The translations under genes and the position numbers were made by a program. Below are positions 35,626-43,477 of a DNA stretch of 53,856 nucleotides, in pieces. The stretch is from a virus (lineage: Duplodnaviria > Caudoviricetes). The stretch covers positions 1 through 53,856 of the IMG/VR virus record IMGVR_UViG_3300020119_000151. One strand, given 5' to 3'. The notes under the pieces were generated by a model, which did not search any database, had not been told where the DNA came from, and saw nothing but the letters and a program-made list of their open reading frames with translations. Every line of letters begins with the position of its first letter. Within the stretch, counting starts at the first letter, position 1.

Positions 35626-36723
35626 ATGTTTAAAAACGCCAAAGTCGTAACTGTCGGCGCTGATGCCGCCGAATATCACAAGCAGGACAAACCGCGCGGC
35701 TCACAGTCGTTCGTCATGTCGTCATCGTCGCTCCGCCTGTTCGCCGCCTTCCCGTCGAAATGGCGGGCCGGGTACGAGTTGCCGGCCTCCGCTTCCCTCG
35801 AATACGGTTCATTGTTCGACATGCTCGTTCTGACGCCCGACCAGTTCTCGAAGCGGTATGTCATGCAACCCGAGAAATACCAGTCGAAGGCGCTGCGCTG
35901 TCCAAACTGCGGTTCGGTCAGCGATGCGGCCAAGTGTACAAAGTGCAAAAAGGAGCGCGAGGAAACGCTGATCGAAAAGGATTGGAACAACAATTCGGAC
36001 ACCTGCCGGGCTTGGGTCCAGGACCAGACCAGCAAGGGGGTGGAGATAGTCTATGCCCAGGATTACAACGATGCCAGTGATGCGAAGAAGCGGTTGCTGG
36101 CAGATGCCCCCATCAAACGGTTTCTGGATGCCTGCGAGAAACAGGTTTGGGTCGTCGCCGAGTGGCAGGATGAAGCCACCGGCCTGGTTATCCCCGTGAA
36201 GTGCCTGATTGACCTCGTAGCCCGCACGGATTCGGATTTCCCCAAATCCATCGGCGATTTGAAGTCCACTAAGAACGCCCATCCGATAGCATGGGCGAAA
36301 TGGGCGAGCTTCGCGGGGTACGACATCCAAGCAGCTTGGAACACTGACCTGTTCGTTGCCGCCACCGGACGCGAGATCGTGAACTTCTGTTTTGTGCTGT
36401 CCGAGAACTTCGCGCCTTGGGAGATTGGCCGGCGGTTCATGTCCCAGGACATCGATGAGCCAGGCATGGACGCCGGCTCGATCGCTTCCGGGCGCCGGCA
36501 ATACCGCGCCATCCTCGCCGACTATTGCCAGTGCCTCAAGACCGGCAAATGGCCGGGGTATGATGACACGGACGAGGCGAGCGCGGACGGCTGGACGCTC
36601 GTAACTCCCAACCCGTACGACGAGCAGCGCCGTTTGTTCGCGCCGAAATACCAGTTCAAGGAACCAGGTGAGGACGATGCGGACACCCTTCCTGAAGACC
36701 CCAACGGGGATGTCATCCCCTGA
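35626..36723 (+). CDS. RecE/ExoVIII-like PD-(D/E)xK exonuclease with Zn-ribbon insert
   Basis: SSSSLR, KCLIDLV, GDLKST, YDIQAAW, WPGY; next to ERF. Confidence 0.85.
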   Translation: MFKNAKVVTVGADAAEYHKQDKPRGSQSFVMSSSSLRLFAAFPSKWRAGYELPASASLEYGSLFDMLVLTPDQFSKRYVMQPEKYQSKALRCPNCGSVSDAAKCTKCKKEREETLIEKDWNNNSDTCRAWVQDQTSKGVEIVYAQDYNDASDAKKRLLADAPIKRFLDACEKQVWVVAEWQDEATGLVIPVKCLIDLVARTDSDFPKSIGDLKSTKNAHPIAWAKWASFAGYDIQAAWNTDLFVAATGREIVNFCFVLSENFAPWEIGRRFMSQDIDEPGMDAGSIASGRRQYRAILADYCQCLKTGKWPGYDDTDEASADGWTLVTPNPYDEQRRLFAPKYQFKEPGEDDADTLPEDPNGDVIP

Positions 36724-36732
36724 AAACAAATT

Positions 36733-36775
36733 CCCCGCGACCAGCTTTAAAGAAGATACGGCGCTGGCCGCGGGG
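36733..36775. terminator. Hairpin between convergent operons
   Basis: CCCCGCG.CCAGC...GCTGG.CGCGGGG. Confidence 0.45.
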
Positions 36776-36793
36776 TTGAAGGCGTAAGTGCCT

Positions 36794-37750
36794 TCAAATC
36801 TTCATGGCTTCAAACGCTGCTTGGATGAACTCCGCCGCGAGGACCGGATTGATAGCGTTGCCAAAACCAGTGATGACAGCCATTCGCGCGGGAAACCCAT
36901 TAACCAGCGGGAATGCTCCGGGTTCAAAACGCCGGGCTTTACCGTCCCGGCATTGGGCGATGCAATACCTGGACCAGAAGCCGGGAGAACTTCCGTGATA
37001 TATCCGCCAGTCCTTCCCGTCGCTATCCGTGAAGGCCGCAGGTTCTTCCGGTCTATCACATCCATGGCTGTGCACGTCGGCCAGGGCGTCAATGGCTGCG
37101 CGGCTTGGTCTAACAACGATTGGCCGGTATGCGCCCCCCCGCGCCTTCTTGTCCGCGTCCGTCTCCGGGCTCCCCCTCGTCGCATCGCAACAGTTCGGAG
37201 TCGCCCAAGGCGCCAGCGGCGCCCCGCCGTGAACGACCTGGTTCGCCAGTTGGTCAACAGCAATCCAGTGGAGTCTTGGGCGGTTATGCGGCGCTTTGAC
37301 GCCCGCAGAGCAGAGATCGGCGCCCCCGAAGGCATAGCCACCGTTTTCCATGTCAGAACGAACTCGGGCGAGCCATCCAAATCCATCCTTCTTTGCAACC
37401 TGCTCACCAAGGACGATTGCAGGACGGCAGATGCCGATGAGGTTGCGAAAATACGGCCACAGATGGCGCTCGTCAGCTTCTCCCAATCCCTGTCCAGCAA
37501 CGCTAAACGGCTGGCATGGGCAGGAGCCGGTCCACAGGGTATGCTCGTCGCTGATGCCGGCGAGCCGGAGGGCGAGACTCCACCCGCCGATGCCGGCGAA
37601 GAAATGGCATTGCCGGTATCCGGCGAGGTCTTTTGGTGTGACATCTTGAATGTTCCTTTCGTCTATGTCGCCGGCCGGGATGCTTCCCTGCTCAATCAGG
37701 GCGCGGAGCCACTGGACGGCTTTTGGGTTGTGTTCGTTGTAGTAGTTCAT
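36794..37750 (-). CDS. DNA (cytosine-5) methyltransferase, alpha chain
   Basis: HFFAGIGG (motif I), GSCPCQPFS (IV), GEQV (VI), APHNRPR (VIII), GFGNAI (X). Confidence 0.9.
   Translation of the reverse strand: MNYYNEHNPKAVQWLRALIEQGSIPAGDIDERNIQDVTPKDLAGYRQCHFFAGIGGWSLALRLAGISDEHTLWTGSCPCQPFSVAGQGLGEADERHLWPYFRNLIGICRPAIVLGEQVAKKDGFGWLARVRSDMENGGYAFGGADLCSAGVKAPHNRPRLHWIAVDQLANQVVHGGAPLAPWATPNCCDATRGSPETDADKKARGGAYRPIVVRPSRAAIDALADVHSHGCDRPEEPAAFTDSDGKDWRIYHGSSPGFWSRYCIAQCRDGKARRFEPGAFPLVNGFPARMAVITGFGNAINPVLAAEFIQAAFEAMKI
36802..37644 (-). CDS. Overlapping beta chain of the C5 methyltransferase (start uncertain)
   Basis: Alternate frame open for 280 codons, ending LNPEHSRWLMGFPREW (motif IX-like). 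Confidence 0.75.
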   Translation of the reverse strand: MSHQKTSPDTGNAISSPASAGGVSPSGSPASATSIPCGPAPAHASRLALLDRDWEKLTSAICGRIFATSSASAVLQSSLVSRLQRRMDLDGSPEFVLTWKTVAMPSGAPISALRASKRRITAQDSTGLLLTNWRTRSFTAGRRWRLGRLRTVAMRRGGARRRTRTRRRGGAHTGQSLLDQAAQPLTPWPTCTAMDVIDRKNLRPSRIATGRTGGYITEVLPASGPGIASPNAGTVKPGVLNPEHSRWLMGFPREWLSSLVLATLSIRSSRRSSSKQRLKP

Positions 37751-38673
37751 TCGCACAGTCCTGACTGACAGGGCGCGTGTGAATCGTCCTGGTTAAAATC
37801 TTCTTCCTCCAACATTTCGGCGGTGATCGCCAGCTTTGCCCCGCGCTGTGTCATCGACCACTTCGCCACGTCGTCAATCGTCGCCACGTTCATGGCGCCC
37901 TTCTTGGTCATCACCGGACGGGAACGGAACCTTTCCGGAACCGTCTTGCGATGGAACCACGATGAATAATCGGTGATGCTGCCCCGGGAAACCCGGTAGG
38001 CGCTGACAACCAATTCCCACACCCGGTAAATGGTAAGCACCTCGGGACGTTTCCGCAGCGTCCTCCGGACGTCGGGTTTGTTCGACATGATGCAGATGCG
38101 ACAGCCAACCCGCTTCCATCCGAGCGTGTACAGCGGATTGATGGGCAGCTTCCAGCGGCGATGCGCGTCCCACACTTGCGCGATGGTCCAGGTGAGCAGC
38201 GGACGGCGTACGCGACAGCCGAAGATGTCGTTGCCCCATTCCTCCATCATGCTGCGCTCAATCGATTCGTTCGCCCGCACTCCTGAATGGCTTACGATTT
38301 CGTGTCCCTTCGCCCGCAGTTCGGCGATGTATTTCTCAAGCGGTTTGATCTTCAGGAACTCGGTACAGAAGCGCGTCTTGGCCGATGGAAATCGCCCCTT
38401 CCAGATGGCGAGCGCGAGGAACAGCGGGAACATCCAATACTTCTCGACCCAATCGCCCGAAGCCCGCAGGTACACGACTGGCGCCACCCCATGCTTCAGG
38501 CAATAGGCGTTCAGGTCTTTGATTTGCTGATAAACCTCGTCGTATTCGTTTTCCGTGTCCGTAAAGACACAGATGATGCTGTCCCTGGGGTAACCGCTCT
38601 CATGGATTGCCCACCCCAAAAGCGCGGTGGAGTCCTTGCCGCTCGACAGTCCGATGAGGTTCAGGCGTGACAT
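37747..38673 (-). CDS. PAPS reductase-family (CysH/DndC-like) protein
   Basis: SSGKDS PP-loop, FTDT, RFCTEFLK, GVRANES, PLLTW, NPLY..RVGCRIC. Confidence 0.9.
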   Translation of the reverse strand: MSRLNLIGLSSGKDSTALLGWAIHESGYPRDSIICVFTDTENEYDEVYQQIKDLNAYCLKHGVAPVVYLRASGDWVEKYWMFPLFLALAIWKGRFPSAKTRFCTEFLKIKPLEKYIAELRAKGHEIVSHSGVRANESIERSMMEEWGNDIFGCRVRRPLLTWTIAQVWDAHRRWKLPINPLYTLGWKRVGCRICIMSNKPDVRRTLRKRPEVLTIYRVWELVVSAYRVSRGSITDYSSWFHRKTVPERFRSRPVMTKKGAMNVATIDDVAKWSMTQRGAKLAITAEMLEEEDFNQDDSHAPCQSGLCE

Positions 38674-38897
38674 AGCTTCTCGTAGATTAGGCAGGTTGCA
38701 ACGAACGCTTCAAGCCCGCCGTCGTAGTGGCGCCGCACTCCTTCGATGATTTGGTCATCCGTCAGTTCGGCGATTTCCTCGGGGTCCAGGTCGGCCCAAC
38801 AACAGTCTGCCACCCACTCGCGCATCGCCTTGATTGTGGCAATGTCGAATTGTGTCATCGGAATTTGCCGTTCGGATATAGGTAGATTGCGTTTCAT
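38661..38897 (-). CDS. Small hypothetical protein
   Basis: MREWVADC..RRHYDGG; coupled operon. Confidence 0.65.
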   Translation of the reverse strand: MKRNLPISERQIPMTQFDIATIKAMREWVADCCWADLDPEEIAELTDDQIIEGVRRHYDGGLEAFVATCLIYEKLCHA

Positions 38898-39280
38898 GAT
38901 TTTTTCGCCTTGGTTTTTGCCTGTGCCTGGTTCTGAGGCAGGCCGGGATGGAAGCCTTCATCCTGTGCGATTTGCCATGCCTTCACCCACAATTCCAGCG
39001 TCGTCTCGTCGTTCAGGTCGGCGCTGGCCGGTTGGCCGGTCACGATGGCGAAGGCCTCATCCATCGCCACGTTCGCATCGCAGAACTCATGCGTGGCACA
39101 GATGTTTTTGTTCGGGTTCTTGCGGTTCATGATGACCACCTGCGAAAGCTGCAACGGGGTCAGCCAGCGCCGGATGATTTTGGAGAATTCAACCGCCAGC
39201 TTGCGCGGCGTTTCTTCCGCCCGGGCGCGGTCCAGGTCAGCGCGTACGGCGTCCACGTCGTCCATGATGATGGGCTTCAT
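38894..39280 (-). CDS. Hypothetical protein
   Basis: CATHEFCDANVAM motif; ATGA coupling. Confidence 0.7.
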   Translation of the reverse strand: MKPIIMDDVDAVRADLDRARAEETPRKLAVEFSKIIRRWLTPLQLSQVVIMNRKNPNKNICATHEFCDANVAMDEAFAIVTGQPASADLNDETTLELWVKAWQIAQDEGFHPGLPQNQAQAKTKAKKS

Positions 39281-39705
39281 GCTGTCGCCTCCAAGTAGGC
39301 CTTGCGCGTGGCTTCGCTCCGTTCGCGGGGCGTGGCCTTCAGGCAATAGGCGGAAAGTTCAAGATCGGATTCCCAATCCCACCCCGCCGCTTGCGCGGCG
39401 TCGAGGGAACGCTGAACCATTTCGTTGTACTCGTCCGACTCCACCCCGCTGCGCTCGTCAATCTGCGCCAGCGTTATGGCTGTCGTCATCATGTCCAAGG
39501 CGGCTTGGCTCCGCTTCGGCTTCACCGGCACGAATGCCGCGAGGCTGTCAGCCAGTCCATAAAGCCGGTGTTGGGTTGCCAGCACGACGATGCGGTTCAA
39601 ATCCGCCTCCTTGTCGTGCTTGTACTGTGTCGCAAAGTCGAACGCCCAAATCAGGGAATTCAGCTTCGCCGTTTGCGGTGTCACTTCGATGGTGGTTCGT
39701 TTCAT
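39277..39705 (-). CDS. Hypothetical protein
   Basis: Coupled in the minus-strand operon. Confidence 0.65.
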   Translation of the reverse strand: MKRTTIEVTPQTAKLNSLIWAFDFATQYKHDKEADLNRIVVLATQHRLYGLADSLAAFVPVKPKRSQAALDMMTTAITLAQIDERSGVESDEYNEMVQRSLDAAQAAGWDWESDLELSAYCLKATPRERSEATRKAYLEATA

Positions 39706-39708
39706 AGG

Positions 39709-40218
39709 TCAATAGTTGAAATATCCGAGTTCGCGCATACTGGTGTATTCTTTTTTGCCGCCGCCCGCCTGCCCGAGAATGATGTGGTCAACCACTTCAA
39801 TCTTCATCATCTGCCCGGCTCGCATAAGTTCGCGGGTCACCTTGATGTCAGCCTCGCTCGGGCTGGGGTCACCGCTCGGGTGGTTGTGGCACAGGATAAT
39901 CCCCGCCGCGTTCATCACGATAGCCGCCTTGAACACTTCCCGGGGATGGACAAGCAGCGTGTCCAACGTGCCATTGCTGACAATCTCGAAACCGATTGGC
40001 TTCTTCCGCGTGTTCAAGCAGATGACGATCATGTTCTCCACGTCGGGACGGTAAATCAGCGATTCCCCAAGCTTCGGGCGGAGGTAGCGGTTCACGATGT
40101 CGGGACAGTCGAGCGCGGCGTCGTCGCCCAAGCTCGGGGCGTCGTTCAGGCGCATTACCTTAAATTCTCCCCCCTGAAGCTTGGCAAGCCACGTCGCGGT
40201 GTTCTTGATGGTTCTCAT
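39709..40218 (-). CDS. radC: RadC-family JAB-domain protein
   Basis: GTLDTLLVHPREVFKAA, HNHPSGDPSPSEAD, DHIIL. Confidence 0.95.
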   Translation of the reverse strand: MRTIKNTATWLAKLQGGEFKVMRLNDAPSLGDDAALDCPDIVNRYLRPKLGESLIYRPDVENMIVICLNTRKKPIGFEIVSNGTLDTLLVHPREVFKAAIVMNAAGIILCHNHPSGDPSPSEADIKVTRELMRAGQMMKIEVVDHIILGQAGGGKKEYTSMRELGYFNY

Positions 40219-40412
40219 GGCAGGTCAATCGTTTCGGTGTCCATGTCGGTTTCCAGAAGCTTCGCTTCCGCCGCGTCCGTGCTTTCCGGGTCACGGTCAT
40301 CAACGCGCAATTCAATCACCGCCAGCTTCAGCTTGCGCGGCGTCAAAATCTTCACACTGCCGTTGCTGCTGTCGATGCAGACATAAACCGTATTTTCAGT
40401 GTCGAGATTCAT
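40215..40412 (-). CDS. Small acidic hypothetical protein
   Basis: A-rich leader; ATGA overlap with radC. Confidence 0.55.
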   Translation of the reverse strand: MNLDTENTVYVCIDSSNGSVKILTPRKLKLAVIELRVDDRDPESTDAAEAKLLETDMDTETIDLP

Positions 40413-40482
40413 AATTTTTTTGGTTTTGCCCGGGTTTGACTGGCGCCCCAAACGGGCGGCGCCAGCCAGTCACCGGAGCGAA

Positions 40483-40986
40483 TCAGGCAACCGGCAAAGC
40501 CTCCTTGGTTTCAAGCAGGGACAGCGCGAGCGCGCCCGCTTCCAAAGCCTGCACGATGCGCTTCTCGTCCCGAATCTGCCGCGCCATCGCTTGGGCATAG
40601 TGCGCGACCAGATCAATCTCCAAATCTTCACTCGCGCTGATTGCCTTCTCACGGGTCTTGTGCGCGTCCTCCAACTTCTCGCGGCTGATGCAGGTGCCGA
40701 ACACGTCGAACACGCAAGCCCGGAAACCCCGGCGGGTGTTGTTCATGTCGAGCGCATCGGAGCAGGTAACCCGCAGGAGCAGCCCGCCGTGCATCACCGT
40801 GCAACCCACGATGCGGCTGTGATGCCACCGCAAAGTGTCGTCGTCAACATAGTGCGTCAACCCCTTCAGGTTCCGCTGTGCGTTCGCCTTGTTGTCGTTG
40901 CTCTTGGTGTCAAACGGGAGCTTGTGCAGCTTCCCGAGGGCGGAAATAATGCCCTTAATCTGTTCGTCTGTGGTGTTGGTTTTCAT
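40483..40986 (-). CDS. Hypothetical protein
   Basis: A-rich leader; NAQRNLKGLTHYVDDDTLRWHHSRI. Confidence 0.7.
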   Translation of the reverse strand: MKTNTTDEQIKGIISALGKLHKLPFDTKSNDNKANAQRNLKGLTHYVDDDTLRWHHSRIVGCTVMHGGLLLRVTCSDALDMNNTRRGFRACVFDVFGTCISREKLEDAHKTREKAISASEDLEIDLVAHYAQAMARQIRDEKRIVQALEAGALALSLLETKEALPVA

Positions 40987-41000
40987 GTGATTCGCTTTTG

Positions 41001-41219
41001 TTATTTGGTTTTGATTTTCTCCATCAGGGACGTGACACGCACACTCAACAGGTGAGCCACCCCGCCGCAGACAACCCACACAAACAGGTTGCGCCCGTCG
41101 CCCACTTCGGCGCTGACGAATTGCTTCAGGTCGTCCCATGTTTGAAACGGGCCTTCCTTCGGCGAGCGCAACCCGCGACTTGCGAGCCAGTAACCGCTTG
41201 CCAGCTTGGTGAATCTCAT
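41001..41219 (-). CDS. Small hypothetical protein, first gene of the minus-strand operon (alternative start 41234)
   Basis: Leader CAACACAAAACG before ATG; directly after the sigma54-like motif. Confidence 0.5.
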   Translation of the reverse strand: MRFTKLASGYWLASRGLRSPKEGPFQTWDDLKQFVSAEVGDGRNLFVWVVCGGVAHLLSVRVTSLMEKIKTK

Positions 41220-41248
41220 CGTTTTGTGTTGCATGACACCTGAACAAT

Positions 41249-41265
41249 AGCAGCGCCCGTGCCAA
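41249..41265 (-). promoter_or_regulatory. sigma54 (-24/-12) promoter
   Basis: Minus strand TTGGCACGGGCGCTGCT versus consensus TGGCACGNNNNTTGCW. Confidence 0.65.
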
Positions 41266-41316
41266 CCAAAACACCCGCGCATTTATTGGGGTTTCCACGT
41301 TTGAGACACCGCCGAT

Positions 41317-41404
41317 TGTCCCGAAACCAGGCATGTCCAAAATGCACAGTGTAGAAACAGGACAGTCAGTGTCCCAGGCGTGGACATTGCCCAGGACCAG
41401 GACA
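41317..41404. repeat. Array of TGTCC/GGACA half-sites and dyads
   Basis: TGTCC at 41317, 41334, 41370; GGACA at 41360, 41382, 41400. Confidence 0.65.
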
Positions 41405-41441
41405 GTTTGACAAATCCAGCCTTCCCGCGCATGTTCCACGC

Positions 41442-41786
41442 ATGAAAGCGCCAAACTTCACGTCAGCCAATGCCGCAGAAATGGCCCGACGCGCTACCAA
41501 ATCCCGCCTTGCCAGAATCCAGCGCGAAAAGGAAGAAGCCGAACGCGCCGCGCGTGAAGCAGCGCCGACGACGGACGACGCGAGACGCGAGCGAACTTTG
41601 AAGCAGCTTGACCTGCTAGACAAGATGATTGACGACTCACTTGCCGCCGGTTCTGCCAAGCTTTTCCTTCAGCTATCAGCCGCAAAGGAAAGGCTCTGGA
41701 AGCTCGTTTCACCCACGGCTGGCGTCCTGAAGCCCGGCAAACGCGCCGCCGGTATGACGTCGAGGCCAACGGTTCAGCCGACGTGA
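41442..41786 (+). CDS. Helical basic protein, possibly terminase small subunit
   Basis: FTSANAAEMARRA start; TTGACA at 41407; function is a guess. Confidence 0.45.
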   Translation: MKAPNFTSANAAEMARRATKSRLARIQREKEEAERAAREAAPTTDDARRERTLKQLDLLDKMIDDSLAAGSAKLFLQLSAAKERLWKLVSPTAGVLKPGKRAAGMTSRPTVQPT

Positions 41787-42253
41787 CACCACAAGCGGGC
41801 TGCGTTGCCGATCTCGTTCCGGCCTTTCGACACCCCAACAGGTTGTGTCTTGTGGTCGGGGGTCTTGCTCCTGCTGAAGATTCTGCGAGCCGAAAACCAC
41901 AAACACGCATAAACCCCAATGATTGCGCGGGTTTTGTATTGAACATACCTATGATTGTGTGTCCTTAATTCGTCGCGGCCTTGTGGTGTCGAGGATGGTC
42001 GATGGTCGGGCGAGGTAAGGAATCTCTTTTGCCAGGCGCGACCGTCCCCACACCCTGCCGCCGGCACCCCAAAACGCGATTGCCCCGCGGTTTTGCGTGA
42101 CTCCCCTCTTTGAAAGGAAATGAGTTTTTGGGTTGTGCTGAATTCCTCCCGTACCCTCCTTTATCTGTATCTGTATCTGTATTAGATGACGGTGCGATGA
42201 CGTGCGATGACATTGGGCTTGCAATTTTAGTCCGATTTTGGGAAGATTTTGGC

Positions 42254-42433
42254 ATGTTTAAAGAGCTTCTTGTTAACAAATTCATGGACAAATCAACCGT
42301 CAAAGTCCTCACCGCATCGCAGATTTACTACGAGGGCCGAATAACCTTCGTTGGTTCGGAATACATCACAGTTACGACCATCGATGGGCAGGCATACATT
42401 CCGATCTCAGCCATCAACTGCGTTTTTGAATGA
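42254..42433 (+). CDS. 59-aa Sm/Hfq-like beta-barrel protein
   Basis: Helix, then VKVLT..YEGRI..YITV..AYIPISAI. Confidence 0.5.
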   Translation: MFKELLVNKFMDKSTVKVLTASQIYYEGRITFVGSEYITVTTIDGQAYIPISAINCVFE

Positions 42434-42903
42434 ACACATGGACACCCCTTTGGTCTGGTATCGTGGAAAGCTCGCTTTGGGCTGAATCCGATGCGGTTCG
42501 CATCGTTTTCGTCACCATGCTGGCGTTGAAGGATAGCGACCATATCGTACGTTGGTCGGCCTTTGCACTGGCGCGGAAGGCGAACAAGACCGAGAAGGAG
42601 GTTTTGGCGGCATTGAAGGCGCTTTCGTCGCCGGACAAGCGGCGCCTGGAGAAGCAGCCGTTTGACGGCCGGCGGATACAGAAGGTTGAGGACGGCTGGC
42701 TGATACTCAATGGAGAGCTTTACCGGAAGAAGATGCAGGAGGAAATGAAGAAAGCCCGCTGGCGGCGGGCGCAGGAAGCCAAGCGGCGGCGCGATGGTGC
42801 GAAGGGGCGTTCTACGCCGTTGCCTGGGGAAATGCGGGCGGTTGAGGCGATGGAGAACGGGAATCACGAACTGGCTGACCGGATAGCGGCGGGGGAGGCA
42901 TGA
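42430..42903 (+). CDS. Replication-initiator N-terminal-like protein
   Basis: WTPLWSGIVESSLW..RIVFVTMLA..DGWLILN..YR. Confidence 0.6.
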   Translation: MNTWTPLWSGIVESSLWAESDAVRIVFVTMLALKDSDHIVRWSAFALARKANKTEKEVLAALKALSSPDKRRLEKQPFDGRRIQKVEDGWLILNGELYRKKMQEEMKKARWRRAQEAKRRRDGAKGRSTPLPGEMRAVEAMENGNHELADRIAAGEA

Positions 42904-43121
42904 GCCTGTATCTGCCATATCTCGGTAAGCCGTCCCGTAAGCGTCGGCGCAAGTGGAAACGGCAGCTTTTGAGGCTTAATCCTGGGTTAAATCCCAACTG
43001 GTTGGATGCGCGATATGCGATTGCTTTTATCCACACATACCACCGGCACAAGAATTTTTGTTCAGCAACCCAGTTTTGTGGGCGCTCTGCAAAAGACCAG
43101 TTGGAAGGGTTTAAGCTATGA
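42900..43121 (+). CDS. Small basic hypothetical protein
   Basis: ATGA-coupled. Confidence 0.5.
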   Translation: MSLYLPYLGKPSRKRRRKWKRQLLRLNPGLNPNWLDARYAIAFIHTYHRHKNFCSATQFCGRSAKDQLEGFKL

Positions 43122-43273
43122 GCAAGAAGTCGATCAACTGGAAGGCCGTTAAGCAGCGCGAGGCGCATTTCCTGAAACATGGTGCGTTTCCTTCGGAATT
43201 TCCCACCACGGCGGCGAAGGTGAAGCAGTCCAAGAAATCGGTGGTTTTGATTTACGGCCAAGGCAGGCGGTAG
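43118..43273 (+). CDS. 51-aa basic hypothetical protein absent from the ORF track
   Basis: MSKKSINWKAVKQREAHFLKHG..; ATGA overlap. Confidence 0.45.
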   Translation: MSKKSINWKAVKQREAHFLKHGAFPSEFPTTAAKVKQSKKSVVLIYGQGRR

Positions 43274-43312
43274 GGGCTTGTCAAATCGGCCTGGCTGTGG
43301 CAGGGTGGGCTT

Positions 43313-43389
43313 GCAGAGGTCGTCTAATGTCACAAGACGCTGGACCTGAAATCCAGTGGATGCGGGTGGAATGCCCGCCCTTTGCGCCA
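43313..43389 (+). tRNA. Atypical tRNA or tRNA-like RNA; central anticodon TGA (Ser?), encoded CCA
   Basis: GCAGAGG/CCTTTGC acceptor, GTCT/AGAC D stem, CTGGA-CCTGAAA-TCCAG, GCGGG-TGGAATG-CCCGC, G-CCA. Confidence 0.8.
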
Positions 43390-43406
43390 ATTTCGACAAT
43401 GAATCA

Positions 43407-43453
43407 CCCGTTCAGGAATCGCCGGCTGTCGCGGCATCCTGGACGGGCTTTTT
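43407..43453 (+). terminator. Hairpin plus T-run after the tRNA
   Basis: CCCGTTCAGGA...TCCTGGACGGG then CTTTTT. Confidence 0.6.
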
Positions 43454-43477
43454 AATTTTCCCATTTTTCTCTTGCAT

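Noticed and set aside
40483-41454. 323-aa ORF as listed in the track
   Set aside because: The upstream half crosses the promoter and repeat region; ATG 40986 with an A-rich leader is the better start
43313-43389. Suppressor tRNA or stop-codon recoding
   Set aside because: Anticodon TGA reads UCA, not a stop, and genes are intact in the standard code with all three stops in use
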